The notes beneath the pieces were generated by a model, which worked only from the letters and a program-made list of their open reading frames with translations, did no database searches and was not told the DNA's origin. Source: an uncultured Verrucomicrobiae bacterium (GTDB lineage Bacteria > Chlamydiota > Chlamydiia > Chlamydiales > Rhabdochlamydiaceae). From it: a stretch of DNA of 64,000 nucleotides. Numbering within the stretch: position 1 is the stretch's first letter; every line of letters begins with the position of its first letter. The stretch spans positions 1-64,000 of the forward strand of contig CAWFUG010000011.1 in the NCBI GenBank assembly GCA_963818965.1, in the 5' to 3' direction. This document shows positions 1 through 14,181 of the stretch, in pieces. The translations under genes and the position numbers were made by a program.

Positions 1-3000
1 GTATATTGCCCCCCTGGGACAAAATAAGTTACCGATTGAGGATTTTCACTGAGTGTTTTTGCTAATTTTTCTCGTTCCACTCCTTTGCTGAAAATCCCAA
101 GGAGAGGTATGGACCCCCATTGTACTGAAAATTGGATGCTCTACAACAGAGAGATCTAGGTGCGATTAAGTATATGCTATTGCTGAATTTCCAATCAGTA
201 GTTCTTTAATGAAGAAAGGCCTCCAACATCCTTAATAATGTTGCCTCCTTCTGACTTCACTTCACCTTATGACACAAAAATCCAGGAGGCTTTTGTCAGT
301 TACCTGCAGGTTGAAAAAATTTCATTTCCTCCAAACCTGTCCCGCACCTGGGGCCTGGAAGCCGTGGGGAAGGGTCCCTCATGGCCCATCCTATGGGCTT
401 TGTTCCGCTTGTGGTTCAGAAAAAAATCAATAAATAAGCGCATGTAGATGTATAAACACCACAGATTCTAAAGCAATTGTGGCAATAACAGAAACCTCAA
501 TAAATGTACAGCTGGTGCTTGTATACTATCTACAACGAGGATTTGGTAGTTAGTGAGGCTGGGTATAGGCAGGAGAAAAACATCCTAAAATGCTTATACA
601 AGATGCCTGCAGAAGACACATCAAGCGCAAAGTCTTGCCCTTCTCTTCAGATGCATCCGCTCTCTGTGCAGTGCTCTGGAGATTCTGAAAGAGGCAGCAA
701 TAAATGTGCTATATGTTCTGGATTACCATTGTCTTTTTGAAGGACTCAGTAACCTAACATTATTCTATTTATTTATTTGGATCCACAGATGCATTGTATC
801 TGAATGTATGCTTTTTACCCTTACAATGGGATTTCATTAGCAGGTAATCATCATTTTCCAGAAACCTCCTTTCCCTGTTTAATCAGATGATCAGTATCTC
901 ATTGCCATATATTTTATTGAATTTTTTGCTTAAGGCTGCAGAGGGCTCATTAAGCTATCCCTTTAAATATGTTTTTGTGTCTAATTGTATTCTGGGCTTG
1001 GGGAGGATCTTGATCTAATCCAATGGGATTTATACCATCTTCAAGTTGTATTTTATGATTGGTATGTCTAGAAGGTTTCTATTTCTTCTGGCTATGTTTA
1101 ATGCAGGACATTGATTTGCTCAGAGGGGATTTTGTGTGTGCAAGCTCCGCCTAGAGTTGTTCTTCATAGGACTGCACAGATGGTTGAAACCTGCAGTGGA
1201 TTTCAAGCTGTTCTATTTACTTTTACTGTGAAATAGTGAGCATAAGATCTGCCCTTTGTAAAGTATCTGTGTAAGTATGTGTGTTAGGATCGTGGGGTGT
1301 TTCGTTTTGAACTTCTTTACACGCAAACGAGCGCACAGGCACCATAGAAGGGCCTTCAAAAAACGCGGACTAGCTCGCGAGCGCTTTTTCAAAGCGTTGC
1401 CTTTGGCAAGTAATGGAGAATGAGGCGCGCATAGATATAATTCAAGCACCTTCCCGGCCTTAGGGAGCGGCTCTGAGACATCTTCGATTTTCAGTCGGAT
1501 CTGAACTGCAAGACCTGCCTTTTGATCGCTGTTTGGGGAAATCTCTTGCATCCCTTCCAGGATCGATATGTCTTTGTGACTGATATGACTGGCGCTCAAA
1601 ATCGAGCTGTGCCATGTGGATATCTGGGATGGCCGCAGTTTAAAATGTCTTAATGCTGCTGTAGATTCTTCTTATCTTCAGGTAAATCGCAATGCCATTG
1701 TCTTCACTGAGAATAGTTTCTTTTCTAGGACCATAGTTATACCAATCCTAGTGTAGCAACGGGAAGCTGGCAACATTTTTTTGTAGTGGTGCATGACCCA
1801 AGCACCACTGAGCGAGACAGCAGCACCTACGAACAGCACAAAGACAAGGACCTAGGGAGTCGCAGAGGAAGCCACCCAAAGAAGGGGAGCGATCAACGGA
1901 GCCTCGGATACCATTGATGAGGAACATTGACCGTCGTAAAAAGGGGGTGCTGTTTTGATGAATTGCCGCAAAAATAGTCCCGGAAGACTTCCAAATCAGA
2001 CTGTCCTTCCTCCAAAATTCATATGAAAGAGGTAGAAGGAGATAACCAGCCGATATGGGACGAAAGAGAGCAGAAGGGTCAGGGGAAAGATACCAAAACC
2101 CACGAGAATCCTACTAGCCTCTGAAAATGCCAAAGAGCTTGTATTTTCCTCTCAATACGTATCTATGGAATCCCCTAGCCCCTAACGGAAATACGGATTT
2201 AGCAAAGGAGCGACATCGGCAATTCGAAACGGGAGATATCGGTGACTGAAAATATTCAGAGGCAGAGGGCCAGATCAGATTACTCAAAGCCCCCATTTAT
2301 GATCTGCACTGAAAGTATCGCAAAGTCCTTGCGGGTGTGCATTCAGCCAAAGTCTCTTTGATGCAGGAAATTTTTCTTAACAGGGGCAATCGCGGGTTCT
2401 TCCTCTTTGGGGACGTGGATGTGCATTGAACATCTTGACACTGGAGAGGCTCTTATCCAGCCGAGATACTGAGAAAGATGGCCTTCCAGTTGTTATCCGA
2501 CCATTCCAAGACTTGTGCCAGAGGAGAAGCCCGATGAGGCAATTTCCTCTTGCCTTAAGCCGTAGTAGAGGGAAAAGGTGTGCTCTCTCGTGTTTTTTAG
2601 AGATATTGCGTTTGTAGGATTTCCACGTAGCCTGGGGAGGCTCTCAATCTAGAAGCTGGTAAGTATCCAATATAATAGAAACATCCCCCCAAAGCTATCG
2701 ATATAAGGGAAAAAGAAAAAGGGAGCCGAGCCAAAACCCACGTGCCTATAATGAGGTTGGAAGGAGCTTATTTTTGCGGTGGCTCTAGCCCAGAGGTGCC
2801 CCCAATAGAATAGTACGGTTAAAACGGGCTCAGAAAGTCGAAAGTAGGGACTATTTATAAGTCGTGGCCCTCTATCACCTCCTTGCGCAGTAAGGAAAGG
2901 GGGATCATGCTGTAGATTGTGGATCAAGGGGCTTTGCTCCAGGTCTACGGCGTGAGGCGCTTCGCCTAATCGCGTTGAGAACGAGGGTCTGCTGCTCTCT

Positions 3001-6000
3001 ACTCAGCGGGATCTCGACTAGATCTTCACCTGCCTAAAAGCGCGGTGTTCATCAGATTTCACTCGGCAGGCAATGGCCACTTTCTACATACTGCAACATG
3101 GCACTAATCCCTCCTTTTGTTCTTTTCCACAGAGGGAGCGGATGTACTGTGTTAGAAACCTGCAACACATCTGTCTCTTCAAAAGAGCTCTCTTTGTGCT
3201 GCTGTTTGGGATCCTCCCCCTTTTCGAGCGCTGCCAGTGGAACACCCCATTTCCCCCCTTCCGATTTTTCAGGGGACCTTTGGAGGAAGAGCACTTTGCT
3301 TTTCAATCTCTAGATAGGATACACAAACACCTTAATTGATGGAGCCAAACCAACAGGTGCGTTCTTATGAATCTGAAATTCATGCATATTGTCTTCTTCC
3401 TCCACACCAATGGTGTTGTTGGATAAATCTAAAAATTAACCACAGAGAGGGGGTCACAGAGAAATTTATTAGACCTCTCTGGTCAGAATTGAACCTATCC
3501 CTGATAAAATTTTTGTTGTTTTGGAGTAGAGTTTAGAACCTATCTCAAAAAAATTTCCTTCTCTGGTTCCCTCTCTGTGGTTAATTTTCCCTTCGAAAAT
3601 TTTCCTACAACCTAACCGTTAATTTTTTCTTCTCGATCTGTCTAAACGAAAAAAATTTATGATACTACATAGGCGCTCATCATCAGCCAGACAATCTTCA
3701 TGATTACAGAAGAGATATTCCAGTGGTAAAAAAGAGAGAAGAACATGCAGCCCATCTGATTGAATTTTGACACAAGAAAATTTTAAATCCCTAGCGTTCA
3801 AATAGCCGTATCTTGAAAGGACATAGAAGGGGACATGAGATCGGGAAAGATTTGAACGAGTTTATCGTACAATCCAGCACCCAAGTAAGGAAATTGTTCT
3901 GTCTTTTTTAGATATCTTCTAAAAAAAAATTTAGAAGCAAGAATTTTGGAATCATTAAAAAGAATTTCGATGTGCCAGACCTTCAAGTGCACAGAGCCCT
4001 CTAAATCCCATTTCGAATGGAGGGAGCCGCTCTGTTGCCTTTTCTAGAGGAAAGACCGTCACCCAAAATATAGCTTTTCTAAGCAGTCTTATGGAAAATC
4101 GATCCCATCCTGGCGCGTCAAGCAGCAACAGGATGAATATCGAGCGCTCTCCCCATACAATCGTAAGAAAAAGAGGGGATCGGGCTCATGTGCACTGCAA
4201 CGCACATCCCACCCTCCCCCTTTCTTTTTCAGAGGGACCTTCAAGCGCTGGAGGAAAAGAGGGCACTGACTGGTGCGAAAATGAGCCGTGGCCGTCGAGT
4301 TTCTGGTTCTGGGAGCTGATCAGACCCTCCTGCCCACGTAGCGCCGAGGAGCATCTTGAAACTGTTGCGCTTGATCCTGGCCGCGTGAACAGATTGTCGA
4401 GCTGGACTGGCCACCCAACCAAGTAGCACTGTCATTAAGCCAAATCCATCTGGAGTTCTTTTACTTGTTGTACTGGAAGGTGTATTTGATTGAGCCCAGC
4501 GAAGAGTGTTGCTTCGAGATCCCATAGCCCTCAGGGATTTTCAAAAGAAAACTTCAATGTGCTGTGAATAATCCCGGACCCCCCATCCCTCATATTTCGT
4601 AATATGGCCAGGTCAGGAAAGGTCCGAGCAAGCAGGTCTATGGGAGTACTCCTGAGTGAAGCACTCACCGCGCCCTCCGAATCGGATCGAGACTTTGGTT
4701 GCTCAGTGAATCCATATCTACTACCTGGTTATGGAGACCAGGGGGAGCTTAGGCTGGGGGACTTTCCTACTGAGTGCAAGTCGGCTGGGCTATGTCTGCA
4801 GGCTATTTGTTTGCAATGGACTTGAAGGCTGGGGAAATGGCCATTTCAGTCAAGTAGGTTACTGCTCTCGAGTACCATTTACATATAAATTTATACAGCA
4901 TTTCAAAAGGTTTTATTCAAGAAGAATTAAAAAATTAAAAAAATATTTTTGTTCTTCCCAATTAATTCGGGTATTGATCTATTTAAATACCTTTGTTTAT
5001 GGTCTGTAAAATTAAACATGAGGTGATGCTTGATTAGTTTCGTTAGTATTATTTTCAGGTAAACTATACAGTTCTTCAGAATCTTTTGCTTGGAGAAACT
5101 TCAAGGCTGTCTCACTTAACCATTGTGATAGAATGATATGATGAATGCACCATTATCTGATGAATATGACAGTATAGCTCCCTTATTGTCTACACATAAG
5201 TCCTTTACTCTCCCGATCGCCCTCTCCATGGGAACAGCTTGTGTATTCACCCAAACTGTGCAGTGATGTGTTTCTGAGAAGGGACTTATAATAGTGAATG
5301 TTTTCATTTCTTCATAATCAGGTGTTCGCCTCGAGTTGTGGTACCCTCTTTGCTACCTGAGTGGTATGCCTCCTCTCAGGGTTATTGACCTGAACCTAAA
5401 GGACATCTTCTCTTCCACTTACAAGGAGGACCAAGAGGTTTTTAATACTTGTGATCTTGTTTAGACCTCCTCTACCTCAGTGGGCGGCCTAATCGCCGTC
5501 GCCTCTTTTGCGATGCAAGCGGTTGTGTTGATCTCATCCACTCCGGAAAGAGTTCAAAGAAGGGTCGCATATTGAAGGAATCCAGCCATCTCTTAATGGC
5601 GCTAGTGCTCAAGAAGTTCGATAACGACGCCACCCTTTCACGCTCGAAAAATACTGAAGAAGTACTATTCCGAGGTCCTAAAGAAGATTCATCAAATCGC
5701 ACAAGATGTGATCCCGGAAGGGAAAGAGGGCGCATCCTCAGGCCTCACAGTATTGCAGAAGAGACCCTTAAAGAAAAGGACGTCTTTTGTCGCATCTTCA
5801 ATGATTCCCGCGTCCCTGTTTTTCAGTCAGTAAGAAGGATAGTCTGCTGGGTTTTGGCTCTACTGGTTCTGTCTCAAATCAATCCGTAAGAAATCGGCTT
5901 TTTCCCATCAAGTGGATCAGCGCATCGCAAATATTTGGGGCACTGGCACCCATGGGACGAAATCAGACCCCTAACAATCACTGACGACGGCAATATTATC

Positions 6001-9000
6001 GGTCTTCTAGGGGTATTTTGAAGACAAAGCGGGGAGAAGTGCGCCATGAGAAGGGCCTTTAGAGGTGCTTTGTTTGACCGCTTCGAGAGCCTTAGATTTC
6101 GGCACCTATGTCTCTAGCTTTACGCACTATCGAACGCAAAATCGTTTTCTTGTCTCGCGGTGGGGTGGTTAACTGGCAAACATTTGGTCTGGGGCTTTAG
6201 TCAGGCGAGACATGTCACGCCGAGATCTCGTGATGTGAACCCCCGGGTGGCTCCCAATGCCTACGAACATTCCAAAGCCCATGAAGAACGCGACATCGAG
6301 CAATGGGCAGGCTGCAAAGACCGCGTCGTCACTGGATGATGTAAACTGCAGCAGGACGCCCGATCCATAAAATTAACATGGGCGTCCAAAGGAATAGGCT
6401 TAGAAGGAGAATAAAATGATAAGAGGTCCTGGAACATAAGAACGCAACCTTCTCTACAGCAGAAGATCTAAAAAAACTGCTCCGAAAATATGCTCATCAG
6501 TGTCGATTTTCGAGAACCATTTTGGACCGCTTCTTCCCTATTAAACGTTCGGGGCATTGTGCTTCCGTTCGCCGCTTTGACCAATGGTTTGCTAAAGGAG
6601 TAGCCCTCGTTTCCGATACAGCGCGGAGACTCTTGTGCGGGGATCTTAAAACAGTCAAAGTACTTCTAATTCTGTGCGACCTCGTCGTCGACCGTGGCAG
6701 TCGGTGCTTTAGCAGGCTCGGTCCTCTGTGCCGGGGTCAGTTTATTCTTTCAACCCGGGGTACGATACAATAGAGAAGCTCTACTTCCTAGTTTCATCGA
6801 TTTCAAGGCAAGTATCGAGATGCTCTTCCTGAAATAGGACATGTCTCGGGTACATCCCTTCACCTTGGTGAATGATGATGGGCTCTGTAGAGCCTACTCG
6901 TCTTCTCTCCAGGCCGTGCGGACCGTAGAAGGTGTCGCTCAAGTCACCTGGGAACCTAAAGAGCGGAAATGCCTAGAAGGGTCTACCATTCCAATGACGG
7001 GGACCGCTGTACTCAAGCGAAGTCTCAAACTGATCTTGACAGGGAAACGGGCAACTCCAAGCGGCCTGCATTTCAAGCGAAAGTTGGAACTGTAGAAGTT
7101 TCAAAGTTGCAACCACATCTCGAGGAGCACCTGTCAATGTAATCTTGCGCTTCCTCAAGAGGGTGACAAACTATTCATTAACGATTCCGACATTCGGGGA
7201 GCTTAAAAAGACTGAAATCGAGGAGCAAAAAAGTGCAAGCAATCCATGCTTCTCCTTATGACCTTTACCCTCTCTGCTGAGGAGAAATCATCTGTGTCTT
7301 GAACGAAAAGGCAGAAGCCGGTGTCGCATGTTATGGTCATCATCTCATAGAAACTAATGCAGATCGATCTACAGACGTGGGCAACAATAAAAAAAATCAA
7401 ATGACTCAATGCACCCTCTTGTAGAAGGAAACACTATCACGACAAAGCTTAGTTTTACTCAAGCGGTTACCTGGTCGGGTTTGTTATTTTTGCGAGATGC
7501 CTCAATAAAACAAAGTGAACACATGACGCTTGTGATGACAAAGAGCTCGCCACTTATCTACACAGAGAAGTCATGTGACGCAGGGGGTGCGACAAAGAGA
7601 GAGAAATCGAGCCCAGTTATTGACGCAGTGGGGGAGAAAAAGTGGAGCTGTTGTCTCTCCCTCAATGTCTTTATGGCTCCTAACTCCCCTGAGAGTATTT
7701 TAAGAATTAAGTGAAAACAGTGACCATTTATTTTATGAAATTAATATTTGAAATTGTTCTCTATCTCTGGTGTGTGTCTGGACAGATCCTGAGAATCGTT
7801 GAAAACCGCAGTTGCCGCCAAAAATGGCGGTGAACCGTCCAAGCGATGGTTTGGGGCATGTCAGATAGCGCTGCGGTTGATTACCTATCTGAGTAACGCA
7901 GGACTTTCCCGTCAAAGATCTAACCCCTCTTACGCTCGTCCACAACAAGACGACTATGGTCAACTCACCACACTCACTCCGTTAGGGGCTCTGCGAACTG
8001 GCCCGCTCGCGTAAAAAAGAAACGGATGAGAGCTACCTCAATCTCCAGCGCAAAAAAAAGGCATAAAAACAGGACCTGCGCGCTTACTGGAATGCATTTG
8101 GTTTCCCGCTAAAAGGGCGTGTGGTCAACAAAAATAAATCGCCTGTGGATGGAAAGGAAACGATGGGGAATGATATAATTATAACGAATTGATAAATTTA
8201 TGAGTTCAAGTTTTTAGAGAAATGGAAAACCTGCCATCATTCTTATCATTAAAAAGCTTCCTTATTCATTTCCTTACCTTATTTCCACTTTGTAATGCCC
8301 TTGCAGGTGCTTTTCTCAGATCCTGTTCACTTGTCGTCGCTTGCTCGTGCACTTTTCTGAAGCCGGCTTGTTCAAGCTTGTCTTCGAATGTCACAAGCGA
8401 CGACAAGTCAACATCTTGCAAAAAATCACCTCGCAAAAATGTACAAAGTCGAACTCACATGGGAACAAGACTTTGCAATAGCTTTTCTTTTATCTAGCTT
8501 CGCGACCCAGATTCTCACGACATCGCGGCCTTATGTTATTCGGTATCCATTTTTCGTTGCTGCATGTAGCCCGCAGGGGAAAATACGGAACGGACGAATG
8601 GTTTGTAGTGCGTTCCTTCGTAGAAGTTAGTGCCGACGATGGAAGTGTAAGGCTCCGACGAAATAGTGCAGGAATCTCTTTTGTAATCAACAGCGGACTG
8701 TCATCATCGGTGCAGAGGAGTGGAAAAAGCCTAAGTAGACCAGACCCAGGCAGGAGTTCCTTCTTTGGATTTCTCCCCACCAGGGAAACTGTGGGTTCGT
8801 ATTACAGGATGCCTGACATGCCCAGAACCACTGCAGAAGTAAATGAAAAGATTTTAAGTTATCGAGCTTGTAGGCTAAGAGCAGGGTGTCTTCGTAGATG
8901 AAAGAGGTTTTCTATGCTTTTTCCCGGGTATCCCGCTAGGGCCCTTTAAAATGATTGATACATTCGACTGAATCTGCGATAAAATGCTCTCCGTCGTAAG

Positions 9001-12000
9001 CTTATTCCGAAGCTGAGTAGACGCGAAAGTCCCCTGTGGTCTTGTTTTCTACAGAAGATTCATAATATAGGACATAGAGCTCTCTCACCATGGACCATGA
9101 GGGGTGCCATCTTCTGCAAAAAAGGGGATACGGTGTGCGCCTCCTCAATTGGACCAAAAAAGCTGCGTGGGCCAGCGAAATTGCTCATATCGAGAAAGAG
9201 GAGTCCGATCTGTGAATTGAAAGGAGTTCTTTCGATCAGGAATGATGCGAAAGCTCATGAGTAACAATCCTTTCCATTGAACTATGTTTGCATTAGGAGG
9301 CACGAGGGAAATTGGGAATTTCGATCTTCTGCGTTTAAAAAAAGAAATCTGGAATGTGAGCTTCTAGATGGCTGACTTCTTCTCCCCTTATTCTGAGTTC
9401 CGCTTCTTGAGGAGGAAGTGGAAACCGAACAAAAATATAGGGAAAATTCGGTCTGAACGACAAGGAAGGGGAGTAAGGCTTTCAATAAGCTGTTTTTTTA
9501 TCCAATTTAGCAATCCAAATTTCATGGTCTTGTCTTCCGTAAGAAATCCAAATAAAATCATTGTCGATTAAAATGCTTGCAAAAAAAACGGCACCCAGAT
9601 TTTCGGTTTCCAGGTTTTGTGGTAAGGAGGTTCATAAAAATCTTTAGCGACGATACACATTTGGGTACAGCTGCTGTCATAGTGCAAAAAAGGAGGTTTC
9701 TGCCTGAAAGGTATAAGCGCCCATCAGTATAATGGAAGTGATATTTTTTTCCATTGGATTGCACAATGGGTACTGTTAATCCACGAATGAAAAAATGAAT
9801 AGTACAGATCTGCTGCTGGAACCCACTCAAATCCTCCTTTGAGGTACCCTAAGCGGGGGTTCAGTGAGGCGACTGTTTCACAAGGATTCGTTCCAAAAAT
9901 AGGGCGTACCACGTTCACCTATGGAGGGTTAATATCGTAAGAGAGAAGAAGCTTCTTCCTCATACTGGAAAGGGACCCAATTTTTTTCATATCTCCATTC
10001 TTTTATAATTTCTACTTCTGCCGAGGGGACACTCTGGCTCACCTGCAGTGAATCGCGCTCTCATCGTAGAAGAACTCGACGACGAGCCATCCGACGCATC
10101 TCCATCTGTGTGACATCTGCGGAGATGTTGTTGTAGACAGCAAGGAGGCGGTTACCTACTGCAATCAAGCGAGGGTCCTGTTGTTTAGAGGGGAGGATGG
10201 GTTAAGGGGGAAGTTCGATCGGGGGGGTGTTGAGAGGGTCGAAATTTTCATCGAGCCTAAATCCAGAGCAAAAGGGATTCGTCGCACCTGTTTGGGGATT
10301 ATAGGCGCGAAAACTCATCAAAAAGGGGATCCGTTCCAGCGAATGATCGAGGGGTTAAAGGCATCTGGGTAGCCCGGTATTTCAATTTGTTTGGTTCTCG
10401 GCAGAATCGAAAAAAATCCTCGCACCCAAGTTTGTAAATCGGGCACGTCATCTAGAGCGGCAGGGGTTTCTTGGCTCACAATTTCTTTTTTACGAGAGAT
10501 AGGGGTATATCGAGACAGTTCGAACAAACCGCTGGATAGCTGTTCAGCAGGCAAGTATAGAAAAGAACAAAATGGGGAGCTCCATTGCTATCCTCCGTTT
10601 AAAGGTGTATGTTTTAAAACTGAATACCCGTATCTTTATTCGAGCCGAGGAATCACACTGAACCCGAGAGTCGAAAGGGAATTGACTCGTATAACTTTTT
10701 GAATATCGCATACAAAAGGATACTTTCCCACACTGTCAAATGCCTTATTGTATTCGCATGTTGCGTATTGAAAACGGCTCTCCTATTTGTCCCGTGATAG
10801 AAATCGGTGTATTTGAACATCGGCTCTCTTTGAGTAGAGAATACCTCACTAGTGCGTGGGATTAATGGATAAGTTTTTTTTGCTGATGATGACTCCGTGC
10901 AAAAGCTGTCGAGACCACAAAACGACTATTGATTATCTTTTCGATGATCTCTTCCCAAGGATCTGTTACATATAATGACATCATCCCATTCTTCTTTGGG
11001 AAAGAGGTGCTTAATGTGTGATGATCTAATATAATTGCGAGAGGGATGCTCTTGTTTTTTCCTTCGGGAAAAAAATGAGGGAAAACAAGCGCGGATATCT
11101 CCGTAAATTTCTGGTATCTAAATGCCCAATTGATCTCTTAAAAGATTGCGTGTCAGAGGGCCTCGCACAGAGTGACATCCAAACTAGAAATGAAAAACTG
11201 TCTTTTACAATGATACCACAGTCCCCCATAAAACGTCCCCATCTAGGGCAAAAAATAAAAGAGACCCCATTGCTAGGGAAAAGAATTTAATTGCGTTTTT
11301 GTCCCTTTTGATACCGCCTCAGCAGGGCTATCGACGATCCTCTTGACTAATTGTATTGAGAGGATATCCCCAAAATTTTAAAAGAGTCTCCCGTGAAAAA
11401 TCTCATCCCATCTGTACAGGGGGAGTCCTGGTGGGGTCAGATGTTCCTGAAAAGGAAACATGTGCTCAAGAGCACTGAGAGCGCTGTCAGAAGAGATTTC
11501 ATTTCAATGTCCCTAAGAAAAGTTAAAAAAAAGGGAGTCACGAAAATTCCCATTGGAAAAGAAAAAAGTAAGGTCTTAGTCTCAAGGATTTTTGTGTACT
11601 TTTTTAGCTTTTCTTGCTCACAGAGCAGAATGTGGTGTGTGTGTTTTTAACATGTTTGAAATAGTTGTCTGTTGTGGTTGCTTTTTAGAAAATGGACTCG
11701 AAGGCAGCAAAAAAGAAGAATAACCACAGAGAGGGGAGAGTACACAGATAGGGGCATTTTTTTGCTTCTCCTTCTGTGTGCTCTGTGTTCTCTGTGGTGG
11801 AAATTATAATTAGCTGCACTTGGAACTTTGCTTTTAGCCCACTCTCCAGATTGAGCATCCAAATGCAGAGCCAAAATCAGCGCATTCCCTAATGGAGGCT
11901 TGCTATATTACATATGTCCATCTCTTTTGCAATTCCTCTAGTCTTGCGTTGCGTTTTTCCTTTGAACCTCTGAGCTCTAGAAAAGAACGGATCAACTCTC

Positions 12001-13478
12001 CCAGCTCCTCCTTGCATCTTAAATAAATAAAACCACTATCGCGATGGATTCTGGAATTTTTCTTGTGAAGATCCCCCATGCTTTTTCTAGTGTTGGGCTA
12101 TTTCCTTAAGGTCCATGTTTTACCTCCTCAGTAATTCATCAAGCTTGCTTAACTTTGAACGGTTGGTCTTAAAGCTCCTTATTTAGCCGATCTCACTAAC
12201 CGCTTGAAAATGCTTGCCGCGGAGCGCTCATCTTCATCCCCTGGAACATATGCGTCAATTCAGAAAGGCTCAAAGCGGGGAGGAGGAATTTCAAATCCTC
12301 CAAGGCCATAGCTGGAGAGCGGCTGGCCTATAAAAGGCATTTAGTACTCCAGAAAGTTTTGTAATTGTCTTCGAAGCGTTTCCATAAAATCTCCACCTGA
12401 GCTTGCTTCTTCTTCATCTTGATGGATGAGATAGAGTGAGCTGTGAGGAAGCGGTTGAATGAAGAATAGAGAGCTCTGTGAAAACGCTTCTATTTTATGG
12501 ATTTTTGTCCAATCGGAGCAAGCTGCTCCTTCCAGTTCCTCGTGCTCTTCATCAAACTGAGAGTTTCCAAGTTCTGCAAACCCCGGGTGGATCAATGTTG
12601 CTTTGACTATTGAGTGTTTTCGTAAAATCGGAGATCATCTCTGAGAGCTTTTGTTTGATCAGCGCACTCCTTCTTCTGGATTGGAGAAAATCTGTCCGAC
12701 CCATCTGAGGGCTCTGAGGCTGAATGAAGCTGGGCTCTTTGCGCTTTTGTGGATTACAGTGTACAAATCTGTTTTAAGCATCGTTATATCTTCTAGGTTC
12801 CAATGGGGTTGTTCTTTGTGCCATAGTTTCTTTAGCCATTTCTATCGGAGAAGGGTGCCCCATGCCTTGCGGAATGGACTAAGTAATGCTGAAAATCCCT
12901 TGACAATGTCCTCGTAAGGTTTGACGTTTCCTTTTTCATCTGTACAGTACATACAAAAAGGGGAGTGAATAGTTCAAATTAGAGAGGCACAATCTGCAGC
13001 TTTTTCCAACTGCATGCTGGAGGAGGAACAAGAGGTTTATGTTTTTGTTATAGCAGGGGTCCTCTGCCCATGAAATGATTTAATAATTCTTTGCCATAGG
13101 TGGCGATGACAGATTTGCCCGGGGCAAACAGATCCTGATTGACCAAATAGTAATGGATCAATCCCAACCAACTGTTCAGGCACAAGGTTGGGGGTATGAG
13201 CCTTAGGGTAGGTATTCCCCAAATACCCCGAGGACCCGATCAGATCATAAATATCTGAACCTGTATCGATGACATATAGGAGGGCAACTCTGTGACGAGA
13301 TGGGTGTAAAACGACTCGTACTCTTCGATGTGGTGTCAAATGAGCCGCGAGGACCTCTCGATCGTGCCCTTGTTCGCTGTCAATTGTTGCAGCTCCGCTC
13401 CCATTTTCAGGCCAAAGGCGTCGATCACTTTTACCAAGAGCTCTTCCCGTGTCGGGAAGCTCAGAAGAGCCCCATGCG
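1..13478 (-). repeat. Degenerate inverted (fold-back) copy of about 13489-27210; probably an assembly or read artefact
   Basis: 13431-13459 is the exact reverse complement of 13511-13539. Positions 11-61 match the reverse complement of about 27155-27207. Broken fragments of the right-arm proteins appear in mirror order (e.g. NUDIX 3052-3306, methyltransferase 1213-1599, hemerythrin 12341-12595). Confidence 0.97.
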
Positions 13479-13928
13479 GCAGGTCTTTCGCACGGGGCTT
13501 TATTTTTGCACTTCCCGACACGGGAAGAGCTCTTGGTAAAAGTGATCGACGCCTTTGGCCTGAAAATGGGAGCGGAGCTGCAACAATTGACAGCGAACAA
13601 GAGCACGATCAAAGAGGTCCTCGCGGCTCATTTAAAGTGCATCGAAGAGTACGAGTCGTTTTACACCCATCTCGTCACAGAAGGTCCCCTCCTCCACTCA
13701 TCGGTACGGAACCGGATCTTTATGATCCAATCGGGTCTTGCCCACAATTTGGAAAAGACATTGCCCAAGGGGAAAAATTCCCCTTCCCTTCCCTTTATCC
13801 TGAACAGTTGGTTGGGATTGATCCATTACTATTTGGTCAATCGGGATCTATTTGCCCCGGGCAAATCTGTCATCGCCACCTATGGCAAAGAATTATTAAA
13901 TCATTTCATCACAAGGAGCCCTCTATGA
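13479..13928 (+). CDS. TetR/AcrR family transcriptional regulator, 5' end cut off at the fold-back apex
   Basis: AGLSHGALFLHFPTREELL matches the TetR HTH recognition helix pattern. The first helices are absent because upstream sequence is the mirror image. Confidence 0.85.
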   Translation, partial: AGLSHGALFLHFPTREELLVKVIDAFGLKMGAELQQLTANKSTIKEVLAAHLKCIEEYESFYTHLVTEGPLLHSSVRNRIFMIQSGLAHNLEKTLPKGKNSPSLPFILNSWLGLIHYYLVNRDLFAPGKSVIATYGKELLNHFITRSPL

Positions 13929-14179
13929 CAAAAACGTGTCCCTCTTGTTATTCCTGCGGCATGCCGCTGGAAAAAGCTGCAGATCATTCTCTCGGTAACA
14001 TTCACTCCCCTTTTTGTATGTACTGTACAGATGAAAAAGGAAACGTCAAACCTTACGAGGACATTGTCAAGGGATTGGCGCATTACTTAGTCCATTCGCA
14101 AGGCATCGTTCACGCTGCTGCTTTAGAAATGGCTAAAGAGACTATCGCACAACAACCCCATTGGAAACAGAGGATCTAA
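13925..14179 (+). CDS. Putative zinc-ribbon protein (84 aa)
   Basis: ATGA overlap with the TetR stop; CYSCGMPL...FCMYC motifs and a C-terminal PHW. Confidence 0.85.
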   Translation: MTKTCPSCYSCGMPLEKAADHSLGNIHSPFCMYCTDEKGNVKPYEDIVKGLAHYLVHSQGIVHAAALEMAKETIAQQPHWKQRI

Positions 14180-14181
14180 CG

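Noticed and set aside
1..13478. Diversity-generating or hypermutated template-versus-variable copy
   Set aside because: Differences are patchy, indel-rich and not base-specific, extend over 13 kb, and there is no reverse transcriptase in the window.
13469..13498. Protelomerase-type hairpin telomere at the apex
   Set aside because: The apex interrupts a coding HTH, is imperfect, and no telomere resolvase is seen. Not fully excluded without reads.
238..13612. Roughly 50 short ORFs in the first 13.6 kb, some with recognisable motifs
   Set aside because: They are frameshifted mirror fragments or antisense frames of the right-arm genes, not independent genes.
13328..14179. 283-aa ORF spanning the apex
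   Set aside because: Chimeric read-through; only the last 84 aa (Zn ribbon, from 13925) look real.
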